From contig CAVONQ010000001.1 of the NCBI GenBank assembly GCA_963697335.1, positions 1-64,000 of the forward strand: 64,000 bases of DNA, read 5' to 3'. The DNA is from an uncultured cyanobacterium. GTDB lineage: Bacteria > Cyanobacteriota > Cyanobacteriia > PCC-6307 > Cyanobiaceae. Every line of letters starts with the position of its first letter. Position 1 is the stretch's first letter. The notes beneath the pieces are model-generated. The model was not told where the DNA came from. It did not search any database and worked only from the letters and a program-made list of their open reading frames with translations. This document shows, piece after piece, positions 8,644 through 18,141 of this stretch. A program made the translations under genes and the position numbers.

Positions 8644-8814
8644 CATGTGCTCACCCAGCAGATGGGTTTCGAAGACATCGCCGTATTGGTTGAAGCGCCG
8701 CTGCAGAAATCCAGGGTCCCGCAGGAAAGAGAATGTTTCCACCACTCCGGTGACCGCCGGCGTGCGCGGCAGAGGGCTGACGGAGGCAGGGGTGGTCACC
8801 GGCTTTGATCTCAC
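8644..8814 (-). pseudogene. Truncated cytochrome P450 (N-terminal fragment only)
   Basis: PLPRTPAVTGVVETFSFLRDPGFLQRRFNQYGDVFETHLLG resembles cyanobacterial P450 N-termini. Similarity ends near 8644 and no heme motif follows. Confidence 0.7.
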
Positions 8815-8932
8815 TGAGGCACGCCATTCTGTTCCTCGCTGCTGGCCTCCTCCCCTCATGGGACACGACCGAACCAGTCAGAACAGCGGGCCAAGCCAGC
8901 CATGCCTGCTGCCCTGGTTTGCAACCCTGCCA

Positions 8933-10459
8933 CTACAGGGCTCGGGGCCGGAACCGCACCGGCATGCCGTCTGCGGGATAGATCAGCAGGTTCTGCTGCT
9001 GATTTTCAAGCGATGCCTGGCCGTTCACAAGCTCCCAGTCGTAGTGGCGAAGCAGCTGGGCCAGCATCACGGTGGCCTCCAGCATCGCCAGATGCTCCCC
9101 GATGCAGCGATGGGCGCCGGAGCCGAAGTCGATCATCGGGGGAGGCTGGAGTTCCCCGCCTGCCTGGAGCCAGCGTTCCGGCAGGAACTCCAACGGCCTG
9201 GGATAGGCCTCGGGATCACGCCCGGCTCCCAGCATCGACCAGATCAGGGTGGTTCCCACCGGAACCCGGCCGACCCCTTCCAGCTCGGTCTCCTTCGCCA
9301 CCTGCAGGGATGTGGATCCCGAGGCCACCGAAAACAGGCGCAGCGTTTCCTTGATGACACCCCGCACAACATCCAGTTCGCTGATGCAGAGCGGCGTCAG
9401 GCCACCATGCCGATCCCAGGCCTCATCGACAGCCTGCCTGGCCCGGCCCAGGACGTCGGAATGAAGGGCCAGGGATCCTGCGGCGAAGGAGAGGGTGTGA
9501 GCGGTGGTGTCGGTGCCGGCGATTAGAAATTCGATGGCCTCGGCAATCAGGGAGTCATGGTCGTAGCGGGGCTCCTTGGCCGCCATGCGCACCAGCAGCG
9601 ACTGGCGAAACAGGGGGGTGATGATCGGCTCGTTGCCGGCCTCACCGTCCCTCAGCCGGAGGGCGAGGGACACCCGCGGGGAAAGCAGATCCTCCAGCTG
9701 CCGGCGGGCTGCCCAGTACTGCCGCGAGGCCCTGGTCGGGAGGAACTTCATCCAGCGGCTCTCCCCGGTGGCGAGCCGCATAAAGCGGTAACCCAGCACG
9801 GCCATGGCGTCATAGGTGCGGGGCACATCCAGGGGCGGGCCCTCGGGAGTCGCGGCCCCTTCCTGCACAGGAATGCCCAACATCAGGGCGGCGATGACCC
9901 GCATGGCCAAGTTCACGAACAGGGGATCCAGCGCGATGGCCTGTCCGGGCGGTGTCTGCTCGATCCGCTCCAGAACCTGTCCGCTGGCCTGCTGGAGCAA
10001 AGGCAGATGGCCGGCGATGCTGGCGGCGGTGAATTCGGGATTCCAGGCTCTACGCCGCCACTGCCATCCCGGTCCGTCTTCGCCGATAAGAATAGGGCCG
10101 CGCATGTCATTCCAGGCCCGCCGCGTTCCGGGGGAGCGGATCAGGCTGCCGGAGCGCATCCCCTGCACGATCGTGTTCTCGATCAGCTCAGGCCGGCTGA
10201 GCACGACGACGGGCTTTCCGGCCCAGTACATGTACACCGGCCCATAGACCTGGCTCCAGACGTGCAGGAGCTGAAAAAAGCGCTTGTGGCGCACGGCGGA
10301 GAGCACCGCCGGGATGCTGCCGAGCAGGGGCACACCCTGGGGCGAAGGAAGCTTCCGCAGGGGTGCAAAGTGCCGCCGCCGCCGCCAGGCACCCAAGCCC
10401 AACAGGCCCGCTACTGCCACGAGCAACGTGGTGATCAGCCATGGCGCCTGGATCAGCAC
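8933..10459 (-). CDS. Cytochrome P450 with N-terminal membrane anchor
   Basis: AGTDTT (I-helix), ETLR, PERW and heme motif FGSGAHRCIG. Likely start GTG 10459; the ORF is open to 10633. Confidence 0.93.
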   Translation of the reverse strand: MLIQAPWLITTLLVAVAGLLGLGAWRRRRHFAPLRKLPSPQGVPLLGSIPAVLSAVRHKRFFQLLHVWSQVYGPVYMYWAGKPVVVLSRPELIENTIVQGMRSGSLIRSPGTRRAWNDMRGPILIGEDGPGWQWRRRAWNPEFTAASIAGHLPLLQQASGQVLERIEQTPPGQAIALDPLFVNLAMRVIAALMLGIPVQEGAATPEGPPLDVPRTYDAMAVLGYRFMRLATGESRWMKFLPTRASRQYWAARRQLEDLLSPRVSLALRLRDGEAGNEPIITPLFRQSLLVRMAAKEPRYDHDSLIAEAIEFLIAGTDTTAHTLSFAAGSLALHSDVLGRARQAVDEAWDRHGGLTPLCISELDVVRGVIKETLRLFSVASGSTSLQVAKETELEGVGRVPVGTTLIWSMLGAGRDPEAYPRPLEFLPERWLQAGGELQPPPMIDFGSGAHRCIGEHLAMLEATVMLAQLLRHYDWELVNGQASLENQQQNLLIYPADGMPVRFRPRAL

Positions 10460-10906
10460 AGCGGAACCCCTAAGAGCTATGGAGAATGGGGAGAGATCAG
10501 CGTCTTCACACTGACCCCGCGCCTGCAGAATTCTCGCCCCCGTGAGGGGTGCGCCAGCCCCATCAGCGGACCTGCCCGATCGGTAATAGGCCTGAGTTCG
10601 GCTAGGTCTTCGCCGGCGTGGAGATCCACTCACATAAGGTCAGACCCGCGGGTGCCACCAGGAAACTGCCGCGCACAGCGCTGCCTTCAAGCTCTCCACA
10701 GGCGGCACTGTAAGTAACCAGAATTCTATGACCGCAAGGGCTCTGGCTGGGAAAAGGGGGGATGCCCATGCCCAGATCCTTTCGCTCCTGGAGCCCGTAG
10801 CAGCGTTTTTCTGAAGCCGATCGACTGGTGAGGGCTCCGCGGCTGTTAGCAGCCATGCGATGGAAGGGCTCAGCAGCCACGGCCCAAGACCCAGCCCCAG
10901 ACACGT

Positions 10907-10928
10907 AAAAGGGGCCCTTCCAGGCCCC
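10907..10928 (-). terminator. Rho-independent terminator of ssrA
   Basis: Minus strand GGGGCC-TGGAAG-GGCCCC-TTTT. Confidence 0.75.
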
Positions 10929-11199
10929 ATGGGTCATTTGGGTGATAAGGCTGACCTCACCCCATCTCCCTTAGAGATGTCAGGCAGCCACAGGGGCAGT
11001 CTGACGGGAGAAACGAACGATGTTGTTCGCTGTTACGGGTTTGCTCTTACCGAGCAGGCTTCAGTCACCCTCCTTATACCCCGTCGAAACCATTGCAGCC
11101 CCCTAGTGGGTCCGCCAAAAGGCGGAAGTGGAGCTGAGCGGAATCGAACCGCTGTCCGAAGCACTGGTGTGAGCCACCTAGTCCGGCCGAAACCGGACT
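10929..11199 (-). ncRNA. ssrA: Permuted (two-piece) tmRNA; tag ANNIVRFSRQTAPVAA
   Basis: On the minus strand the acceptor piece ends GGTTCGATTCCGCTCAGCTCCA (11129), followed by an intervening hairpin (11103-11128), then GGGGCTGCAATGGTTTCGAC (from 11102) and the tag frame 11030-10980. Outer ends are approximate. Confidence 0.95.
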
Positions 11200-11205
11200 G
11201 GGTCA

Positions 11206-12414
11206 TTGTGGCAGCACCCAAGCGCCGGTGCAGAGGTGGGCATCACCGAACCAGGGGGCGACAGCATCGAGGGCATCGCGGTGGTGCCCCCCGGCCTGGA
11301 GGCCCCGGCCGCGGAGGAGCTGATCGCCCTCGGCTGCCGGGCCGTGGCGCCCCTGCGGCGGGCCGTGCGCTTCCGCAGCGATCTGGCCGGCTATTACCGC
11401 CTGCACCTGCAGGCCCGACTGCCCTTCCGGCTGCTGCGCCAGCTGGCCAGCTTCCCCTGCTACGGCCGTGACGACCTCTACGACGGGGTGCAGCGCGCCG
11501 TGGACTGGGCCACCTGGCTGCCCCCCAGCGCCAGCTTTCGCGTGGACGTGAGCGGCACCGCCCCAGGCCTGAACCACAGCCACTACAGCGCCCTGCAGGT
11601 GAAGAACGCCCTGGTGGACCTGCAGCGCCAGCAGTGGGGCCAGCGCTCCTCGATCGACCTCGACGCCCCGGACCTCAGCCTGCACCTGCACCTCGGCGGC
11701 GGCCTGGCCAGCCTCAGCGTGGATGGCAGCGGCAGCAGCCTGCACCGCCGCGGCTACCGCGCCGCCGTGGGCCTGGCGCCCCTGAAGGAAAACCTGGCCG
11801 CCGGCCTGATCGCCCTCAGCGGCTGGGATGGCCGCCGTCCCCTGGCCGATCCCCTCTGCGGCAGCGGCACCCTGCTGATCGAAGCGGCGCGGATGGCCCT
11901 GGGCCGGGCGCCGGGCCTCGGCCCCGATGGAGCCCGCTCCTTTGCCCTGGAGCGCTGGCCCGATGCCCAGAGCGCCCTCTGGCAGCAGGAGGTGCGGGCC
12001 GCCAGCGCCCTGGCCCGCTCCTGCCTGGCGGATCAGCAGCCCCTGGCCCCGGTGCTCGGCCTGGAGCAGGATCCCGCCGTGCTGGCCCAGGCCCAAGCCA
12101 ATGCCGAGGCCGCGGGGGTGGCGCCCTGGATCCGCCTCAGCAGAGGCGACTGCCGCGACTTCCTCCCCCCCGAGCAGCCCGGCGTGCTGGTGTGCAACCC
12201 CCCCTACGGCGAGCGCCTCGGCCACACCGACGAGCTGGAAAGCCTCTACGGCGATCTCGGCCGCATGCTCAAGGAGCGCTGCAGCGGCTGGGATCTGTGG
12301 CTGCTGAGCGGCAATCCCGAGCTCACCGGCGCCCTCAAGATGAAGGCGAGTCGCCGCATCCCGATCAGCAATGGCGGCATCGACTGCCGCTGGCTGCACT
12401 ACGCCATCCGCTAG
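11206..12414 (+). CDS. THUMP-domain RNA methyltransferase (RlmL/YpsC-like)
   Basis: SLHRRGYR, APLKENLAAG, DPLCGSGT and NPPYG motifs; start uncertain. Confidence 0.9.
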   Translation: MWQHPSAGAEVGITEPGGDSIEGIAVVPPGLEAPAAEELIALGCRAVAPLRRAVRFRSDLAGYYRLHLQARLPFRLLRQLASFPCYGRDDLYDGVQRAVDWATWLPPSASFRVDVSGTAPGLNHSHYSALQVKNALVDLQRQQWGQRSSIDLDAPDLSLHLHLGGGLASLSVDGSGSSLHRRGYRAAVGLAPLKENLAAGLIALSGWDGRRPLADPLCGSGTLLIEAARMALGRAPGLGPDGARSFALERWPDAQSALWQQEVRAASALARSCLADQQPLAPVLGLEQDPAVLAQAQANAEAAGVAPWIRLSRGDCRDFLPPEQPGVLVCNPPYGERLGHTDELESLYGDLGRMLKERCSGWDLWLLSGNPELTGALKMKASRRIPISNGGIDCRWLHYAIR

Positions 12415-12815
12415 CGGCCCAGCAGGGCCCGGGTCGTCTTGGTGAGACCGGCGGTGGTCTGGGGCAGGTAAGGGCCCTTCATCAGGCCCCCGCCGATGCG
12501 CAGGAACACCCCCGCCAGCACCACATTCAGCCCCGCCACCGCCAGGGCACTGTGGATCCAGCTGAGCCGCAGCCCCTCGTGCAGCCACAGCAGCAGCGCC
12601 AGCTCCGCCCCGATCAGCGACAGCAGCATCAAGGTGAGCCCGCCGCTGAGCAGCAGGGCACCAGTGATCAGGCGCCGCTTCTCGCTGTCGGCCTCCTGCA
12701 GCGCGATGCGCACGTGCAGGTCCATCACTGAGGTCATCAGCGAGCCGATGCGGCCCATGGCCACGCGGGCTCCGCCGTTGCGCCGCTGACGCTCGCCGAC
12801 CTGTTCGTCCGTCAT
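12411..12815 (-). CDS. YqjE/holin-like membrane protein
   Basis: Two hydrophobic helices; paired with a YqjD-like gene. Confidence 0.7.
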   Translation of the reverse strand: MTDEQVGERQRRNGGARVAMGRIGSLMTSVMDLHVRIALQEADSEKRRLITGALLLSGGLTLMLLSLIGAELALLLWLHEGLRLSWIHSALAVAGLNVVLAGVFLRIGGGLMKGPYLPQTTAGLTKTTRALLGR

Positions 12816-13300
12816 GCCGAGCGCCGCCCGGAGGAGAGCAGCAGGCCCACCAGCACCCCCACCCCCGCGGCGATGCCGACGGCCAGCAGCGGGCGCTCGC
12901 GCACCGGCTTCTCCAGCCGCGGCCGCAGGGTGTCGTTGAGGTCGTCGAGCAGCCCCTCGAGCTGCTTCTCCAGGGGGGCCAGGTTGTCGGCCAGCCGGCC
13001 GGTCTGGGTGCCGGCCACATCCAGCAGCTCGATCAGCTGGCGCCGCACCAGGGTGGCGGTGCGGCCGGTCTGGGCCGAGATCACCTCCGCCACCTCGTCA
13101 AAGCTGCCGCGGGTGGCCTCCAGGGTCTGACGGGCCACCTGGGGCCACTCCTGCTGAATCGTCGGCAACAGCGCCTCGAAGCGCTCCCGGAAGGTCTCCT
13201 GGTGGCCGTCGGGCTGACCTGCGGCTTCGGTCACCTGAGGGAGCGCGGGCTCGGAGGAGCGCGGCTCGGAGAGCTGATCCAGCGGTGGGGTGCCGGTCAT
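12812..13300 (-). CDS. DUF883/YqjD/ElaB-like C-tail anchored protein
   Basis: C-terminal VRERPLLAVGIAAGVGVLVGLLL..RR. Confidence 0.75.
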   Translation of the reverse strand: MTGTPPLDQLSEPRSSEPALPQVTEAAGQPDGHQETFRERFEALLPTIQQEWPQVARQTLEATRGSFDEVAEVISAQTGRTATLVRRQLIELLDVAGTQTGRLADNLAPLEKQLEGLLDDLNDTLRPRLEKPVRERPLLAVGIAAGVGVLVGLLLSSGRRSA

Positions 13301-13401
13301 GGGCGTAGCGGTGCAATGGGCCTGTCTTGTCGTCAAGCTAAGGACAGGCTTGTGAAACCGGAACCCTCCGCTACATTTCCTCTGCTCGGCGCACGGGCCT
13401 G

Positions 13402-16400
13402 TTGGTTCACATCAATCAGGTCGAGCTCACCCAGTTCAAGTCGTTCGGCGGATCGATCGCGATCCCGCTCGAACAGGGCTTCACGGTGGTCACCGGGCCC
13501 AACGGCTCCGGCAAGAGCAACATCCTCGATGCGGTGCTGTTCTGCCTCGGCCTGGCCAACAGCCGCGGCATGCGGGCCGAGCGGCTGCCCGACCTGATCA
13601 ACAGCGCCATGCTCAAGGCGGGGCGGGCCGCAGAAACCTCCGTGAGCGTGAGCTTCGACCTGGGCGACTGGCAGCCCGATGGCGCCGAAGACGGACTCGA
13701 GGCCCCCGCCGAGGGCCCCTGGATCCACACGGGCCAGACCAGCTGGACCGTGAGCCGCCGCCTGCGGGTGGCCCCCGGGGGCACCTACGCCAGCAGCTTC
13801 AGCGCCGATGGCGTGCCCTGCAACCTGCAGCAGCTGCAGACCCAGCTGCGCCGCCTGCGGGTGGACCCCGAGGGCAGCAACGTGGTGATGCAGGGCGATG
13901 TGACCCGCATCGTGTCGATGAGCGCCCGCGACCGGCGCGGCATCATCGACGAACTGGCCGGTGTGGCCCTGTTCGACAGCCGCATCGAGCAGAGCCGCAC
14001 CAAGCTCGACGACGTGCAGGAGCGCCAGGAGCGCTGCGGCATCGTGCAGCAGGAGCTGTTCAGCAGCCGCCAGAAACTGGAGCGCGACTGCACCCGGGCC
14101 CGCACCTACCAGGCCCTGCGCCAGCGGCTGCAGGAGGGGCGTCTGCAGGAGCAGGTGCTGGTGGTGGAGGCCGCCCGCACGGCCCTGCGGCAGCTGGTGA
14201 GCCGCCAGCAGGCCCTCACAACCCGGCAGGCCGGCGACCGCCTCGCCATCGCCGAGGCGGAAACCGTGCTCCAGGGGGCGGCGGCCGCCCTGGAGACGCT
14301 GCAGGCTGAGGTGAAGGCCCTGGGGGAAGACCAGCTGCTGGCCGTGCAGGCCGAGCTGGCGGGCCTGGAGGCCGGCAGCCGCGAGCTGGCCCGCCAGGCG
14401 GACCAGCAACAGCAGCAGGCCGAAGCGCTGCAGCGCCAGCGCCAGGAGCTCACCCAGCGCCAGGGGGAGCTGCGCCAGCAGCAGCTGCAGCTCGACAGCG
14501 CCGCCGACCAGGCCGAGCTGGAGGCCGCCGAGGCCGGCTGCCGCGCCGCCGAAGCCGCCGTGGAGCTCTCGCGCCGCCGCCTGGGCGACGTGGCCGGCCG
14601 CTCCGGCAGCTGGATGGAGGAGCAGAAGCAGCGCAGCCTGCGGCGCCAGGAGCTGGGCGCGGCCAGCAGCCCCCTGGAGGCCGAGCAGCAGCAGCTCAGT
14701 GAGCGCCTGCGCCAGAGCCAGGAGCGGCTGGCGGAGCTGGAGGCCGAGCACCAGCAGGAGGGCAGCACCCAGCTGAGCGCCGAGCAGCAGCTCGACCAGG
14801 CCGAAAAGGAGTGGCAGAGCCTCAGCGGCTCGGTGGCCAGCGGCCAGCAGCAGCTGCAGGAGCTCGCCGAGACCTTCGCCCTGCAGCAGCGCACCCGCAC
14901 AAGGCTGGAGCAGGAACAGGGCCAGCTGGAGCGGGAGATCGCCCGCCTCGACAGCCGCCGCGACACCCTGCAGGAGAGCCGCGGCACCGGCGCCCTGCGG
15001 GTGCTGCTGGAGGCGGGGCTGGAGGGCATCCATGGCCCCGTGGCCCAGCTGGGGGAGGTGGAGGAACGCCACCGCACCGCCCTGGAGGTGGCGGCAGGAG
15101 GCCGCCTGGCCCAGGTGGTGGTGGACGACGACCGCATCGCCGCCAGGGCGATCGAACTGCTCAAGCAGCGCCGGGCCGGCCGCCTCACCTTCCTGCCCCT
15201 CAACAAGATCCACGGCGGCAGCCGGGGCAACTCGGCGGCCAGCGGCTCCGCCGCCCTGCAACGGGGAGCCGCGACGGGGCCCGGGGGACTGGTGGGCCGG
15301 GCCGTCGACCTGGTGCAGCACGAGCCCGTCTACGCCGAGGTGTTCCGCTACGTGTTCGGCGACACGCTGGTGTTCGCCGACCTGGCCAGTGCCCGTCAGG
15401 AGCTGGGGCGCTGCCGAGCCGTGACCCTGGAGGGGGAGCTGCTGGAGAAGAGCGGCGCCATGACCGGCGGCAGCCTGCAGCAGCGGGGCAACCAGCTCAG
15501 CTTTGGCCGCTCCCAGGAGGGCGATGAGGCCGAGCCCCTGCGCCGGCGGCTGCTGGAGCTGGGCGACACCCTGCTGGCCTGCCGCCGCCGGGAGGCCGAC
15601 CTGGCCCGCCAGCTGGAGGAGCAACGCCCCCTGTTGCAACAGCTGCAGCAGCGCCAGGCGGCCCTGGAGGCCGAGCGGCGCAGCACCCGCCAGGCCCTGG
15701 CTCCCCAGCTGCAGCGCCAGCAGCAGCTCAGCGAACGCCTTGCCCAGTTGCGCCTCAGCCTCACCAGCGACCAGGACCGGCTGCAGGAGATCGCCCTGCA
15801 GCTGGCACCCCTGCAGCAGGCCCTCTCGGCGCTGCAGCAGGAGGAGGCCGGCGCCGTGGCCTCGGGCGATGCGGCCCGCTGGCAGGGGCTGCAGGGGGAG
15901 CTCGAGGCCGCCGACCTGGCCCTGGCCGCGGCGCGGCTGCACCGCGATGGCCTGCTGGCCGCCCGCCGCGAGCGGGCCCTGGCCGCCGAGCGGCTGCGCA
16001 ACCAGCTCGAGGCCCTCGGCAGCGATGAGCAACGCCTGATCGCCGCGGTGAACGCCCTGGTGGCCGAGCGGGCCGAGTGGAAGGGACGTCAGCAGGCCGA
16101 CCAGGAGCGCCGCTCAGCCCTGGAGGTGCGGCAGGCCGAGCTGCAGACCCGCTTCGGCGAGCGCCGCCGCGCCCGCGATGCCGCTGAGGCCGAGCTGGCC
16201 CGCCAGCGCCAGGCCCTGCAGCAACGCCAGTGGGAGCTGCAGCGGTTGGGCGAGGAGCTCGAGGCCCTGGCCGAGCAGCAGCGCGGCGATGAGCTGCGAC
16301 TGGAGCAGCAGGAGCGGCACCTGCCCGACCCCCTGCCCGAGATCCCCTCCGAGCTGCGCGAGGCCGGCCTGGAGGCCCTGGCCAGGGAGCTGGCCAGCCT

Positions 16401-17013
16401 GCAGGCGCGCATGGAGGCCCTCGAACCGGTGAACATGCTGGCCATCGAAGAACTCGAAGCCCTCGAAACCCGCCTGGCCGAGCTGCAGGAGCGGCTGGAC
16501 GTGCTCAGCAAGGAGCGCGAAGAGCTGCTGCTGCGCATCGAGACCGTGGGCACCCTGCGCCAGGAGGCCTTCCTTGAGGCCTTCACGGCGGTGGACGGCC
16601 ACTTCCGCGAGATCTTCGCGGAGCTCTCCGATGGCGAGGGCCACCTGCAGCTCGAGAACCCGGAAGCGCCCCTGGAGGGGGGACTCACCCTGGTGGCCCA
16701 TCCCAAGGGCAAGGCGGTGCGGCGCCTGGCGGCCATGAGTGGTGGCGAGAAGTCGCTCACGGCGCTGAGTTTCCTGTTCGCCCTGCAGCGGTTCCGCCCC
16801 TCGCCCTTCTATGCCCTCGATGAGGTGGACAGCTTCCTCGACGGCGTGAACGTGGAGCGGCTGGCCGGATTGATCGCCCGCCAGGCCGATCAGGCCCAGT
16901 TCATGGTGGTGAGCCACCGGCGCCCCATGATCGCCGCGGCCACCCGCACGATCGGCGTCACCCAGGCCCGGGGCGCCCACACCCAGGTGGTGGGCCTGCC
17001 CCCCGCCGCCTGA
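13402..17013 (+). CDS. smc: Chromosome segregation protein SMC
   Basis: FKSF, GPNGSGKSN, coiled coils, hinge GRLTFLPL, MSGGEKS, LDEVD. Confidence 0.98.
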   Translation: MVHINQVELTQFKSFGGSIAIPLEQGFTVVTGPNGSGKSNILDAVLFCLGLANSRGMRAERLPDLINSAMLKAGRAAETSVSVSFDLGDWQPDGAEDGLEAPAEGPWIHTGQTSWTVSRRLRVAPGGTYASSFSADGVPCNLQQLQTQLRRLRVDPEGSNVVMQGDVTRIVSMSARDRRGIIDELAGVALFDSRIEQSRTKLDDVQERQERCGIVQQELFSSRQKLERDCTRARTYQALRQRLQEGRLQEQVLVVEAARTALRQLVSRQQALTTRQAGDRLAIAEAETVLQGAAAALETLQAEVKALGEDQLLAVQAELAGLEAGSRELARQADQQQQQAEALQRQRQELTQRQGELRQQQLQLDSAADQAELEAAEAGCRAAEAAVELSRRRLGDVAGRSGSWMEEQKQRSLRRQELGAASSPLEAEQQQLSERLRQSQERLAELEAEHQQEGSTQLSAEQQLDQAEKEWQSLSGSVASGQQQLQELAETFALQQRTRTRLEQEQGQLEREIARLDSRRDTLQESRGTGALRVLLEAGLEGIHGPVAQLGEVEERHRTALEVAAGGRLAQVVVDDDRIAARAIELLKQRRAGRLTFLPLNKIHGGSRGNSAASGSAALQRGAATGPGGLVGRAVDLVQHEPVYAEVFRYVFGDTLVFADLASARQELGRCRAVTLEGELLEKSGAMTGGSLQQRGNQLSFGRSQEGDEAEPLRRRLLELGDTLLACRRREADLARQLEEQRPLLQQLQQRQAALEAERRSTRQALAPQLQRQQQLSERLAQLRLSLTSDQDRLQEIALQLAPLQQALSALQQEEAGAVASGDAARWQGLQGELEAADLALAAARLHRDGLLAARRERALAAERLRNQLEALGSDEQRLIAAVNALVAERAEWKGRQQADQERRSALEVRQAELQTRFGERRRARDAAEAELARQRQALQQRQWELQRLGEELEALAEQQRGDELRLEQQERHLPDPLPEIPSELREAGLEALARELASLQARMEALEPVNMLAIEELEALETRLAELQERLDVLSKEREELLLRIETVGTLRQEAFLEAFTAVDGHFREIFAELSDGEGHLQLENPEAPLEGGLTLVAHPKGKAVRRLAAMSGGEKSLTALSFLFALQRFRPSPFYALDEVDSFLDGVNVERLAGLIARQADQAQFMVVSHRRPMIAAATRTIGVTQARGAHTQVVGLPPAA

Positions 17014-17053
17014 GCATCTCTCACCGCAGCCTGTGCTGGGTGAGAATGCGCCT

Positions 17054-18064
17054 ATGACGACGACCCCGCCGCCCGGCAGTGACCCCGCCGCCGCCCCCAG
17101 CGATCGCCTCTGGCTGCGCTCGGAACTGATGGGCACCCAGGTGATCACCCGGGACACCGGCCGCCGGCTGGGGGTGGTGGGCGAGGTGGTGGTGGACATC
17201 GACCGCCGCGAGGTGATCGCCCTCGGCCTGCGGGACAACCCCTTCACCCGCTTTCTGCCGGGCCTGCCCCGCTGGATGCCCCTGGATCGCATCCGCCAGG
17301 TGGGCGACGTGATCCTGGTGGACTCTGCCGATTCCCTGGCCGAGAGCTTCAGCGCCGATCGCTTCAGCAAGGTGATCAATTGTGACGTGGTGACCGAGGC
17401 CGGCCAGCAGCTGGGCAAGGTGCTGGGCTTCAGTTTCGACATCGAAACCGGTGAGCTCACCACCCTGGTGCTGGGTGCCCTCGGCGTGCCCCTGCTGGGC
17501 GAAGGGGTGCTCAGCACCTGGGAACTGCCGGTGGTGGAGGTGGTGAGCAGCGGTCCAGACCGCATCGTGGTGTACGAGGGCGCCGAGGAGAAGCTCAAGC
17601 AGCTCGGCACCGGCCTGCTGGAAAAGCTCGGCATCGGCGGCAACAGCTGGGAACAGGAGGAGCGGGAGCGCTTCCGCGGCACCATGGTGCCGGTGGAGAA
17701 TCAGCTGGCCCCCGGCCTGCCCGCAGCCCAGGAGCAGCGCCGCATCCAGCCCGCCGCCAGCCAGGCCTTCGTGCCCGAAGAGGAGCTGGATTACGTGGAA
17801 GTTGAGCAGCGTCGGGAGCGGGCCCCGCTGCGCCAGCGCCGTTATCTCGATGAAGACCTGCTCGATTCCGAACCGGAGCGGCGGCCCCCCAGCAGGAGAG
17901 AGATCAACCAGCCCCTGGATCGCGAGCCCGAACGGCCCCAGGCCCCTTACGAGCGCGATGAGCGCCGCGACCGCACGTACGGAAGCCCCCGGCGCCGGCC
18001 GGCCCCGCCCACCAGTTCCGAGGTGCTCGACGTGGATGCCGAAGACTTCGAAGACCCCTGGTAA
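17054..18064 (+). CDS. PRC-barrel domain protein
   Basis: Two PRC-like repeats (GTQVITRDTGRRLG; DVVTEAGQQLGKV) and an acidic tail. Confidence 0.85.
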   Translation: MTTTPPPGSDPAAAPSDRLWLRSELMGTQVITRDTGRRLGVVGEVVVDIDRREVIALGLRDNPFTRFLPGLPRWMPLDRIRQVGDVILVDSADSLAESFSADRFSKVINCDVVTEAGQQLGKVLGFSFDIETGELTTLVLGALGVPLLGEGVLSTWELPVVEVVSSGPDRIVVYEGAEEKLKQLGTGLLEKLGIGGNSWEQEERERFRGTMVPVENQLAPGLPAAQEQRRIQPAASQAFVPEEELDYVEVEQRRERAPLRQRRYLDEDLLDSEPERRPPSRREINQPLDREPERPQAPYERDERRDRTYGSPRRRPAPPTSSEVLDVDAEDFEDPW

Positions 18065-18141
18065 CCACCCCTGGTGACGCCCCCTGGCGAGGGGCAGCCG
18101 ACCGCTGCGGCCCAGCACCTCGGCCGGCAGTCCTGCTTCAA

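Noticed and set aside
10602..10937. Overlapping short ORFs between the P450 and ssrA
   Set aside because: No motifs; they overlap the ssrA terminator and are probably non-coding.
11203..13020. 605-aa minus-strand ORF, and similar long shadow ORFs at 13333-16032, 30569-32548, 38137-40635 and 48841-50352
   Set aside because: Antisense shadows of well-supported genes, an expected artefact of high GC3.
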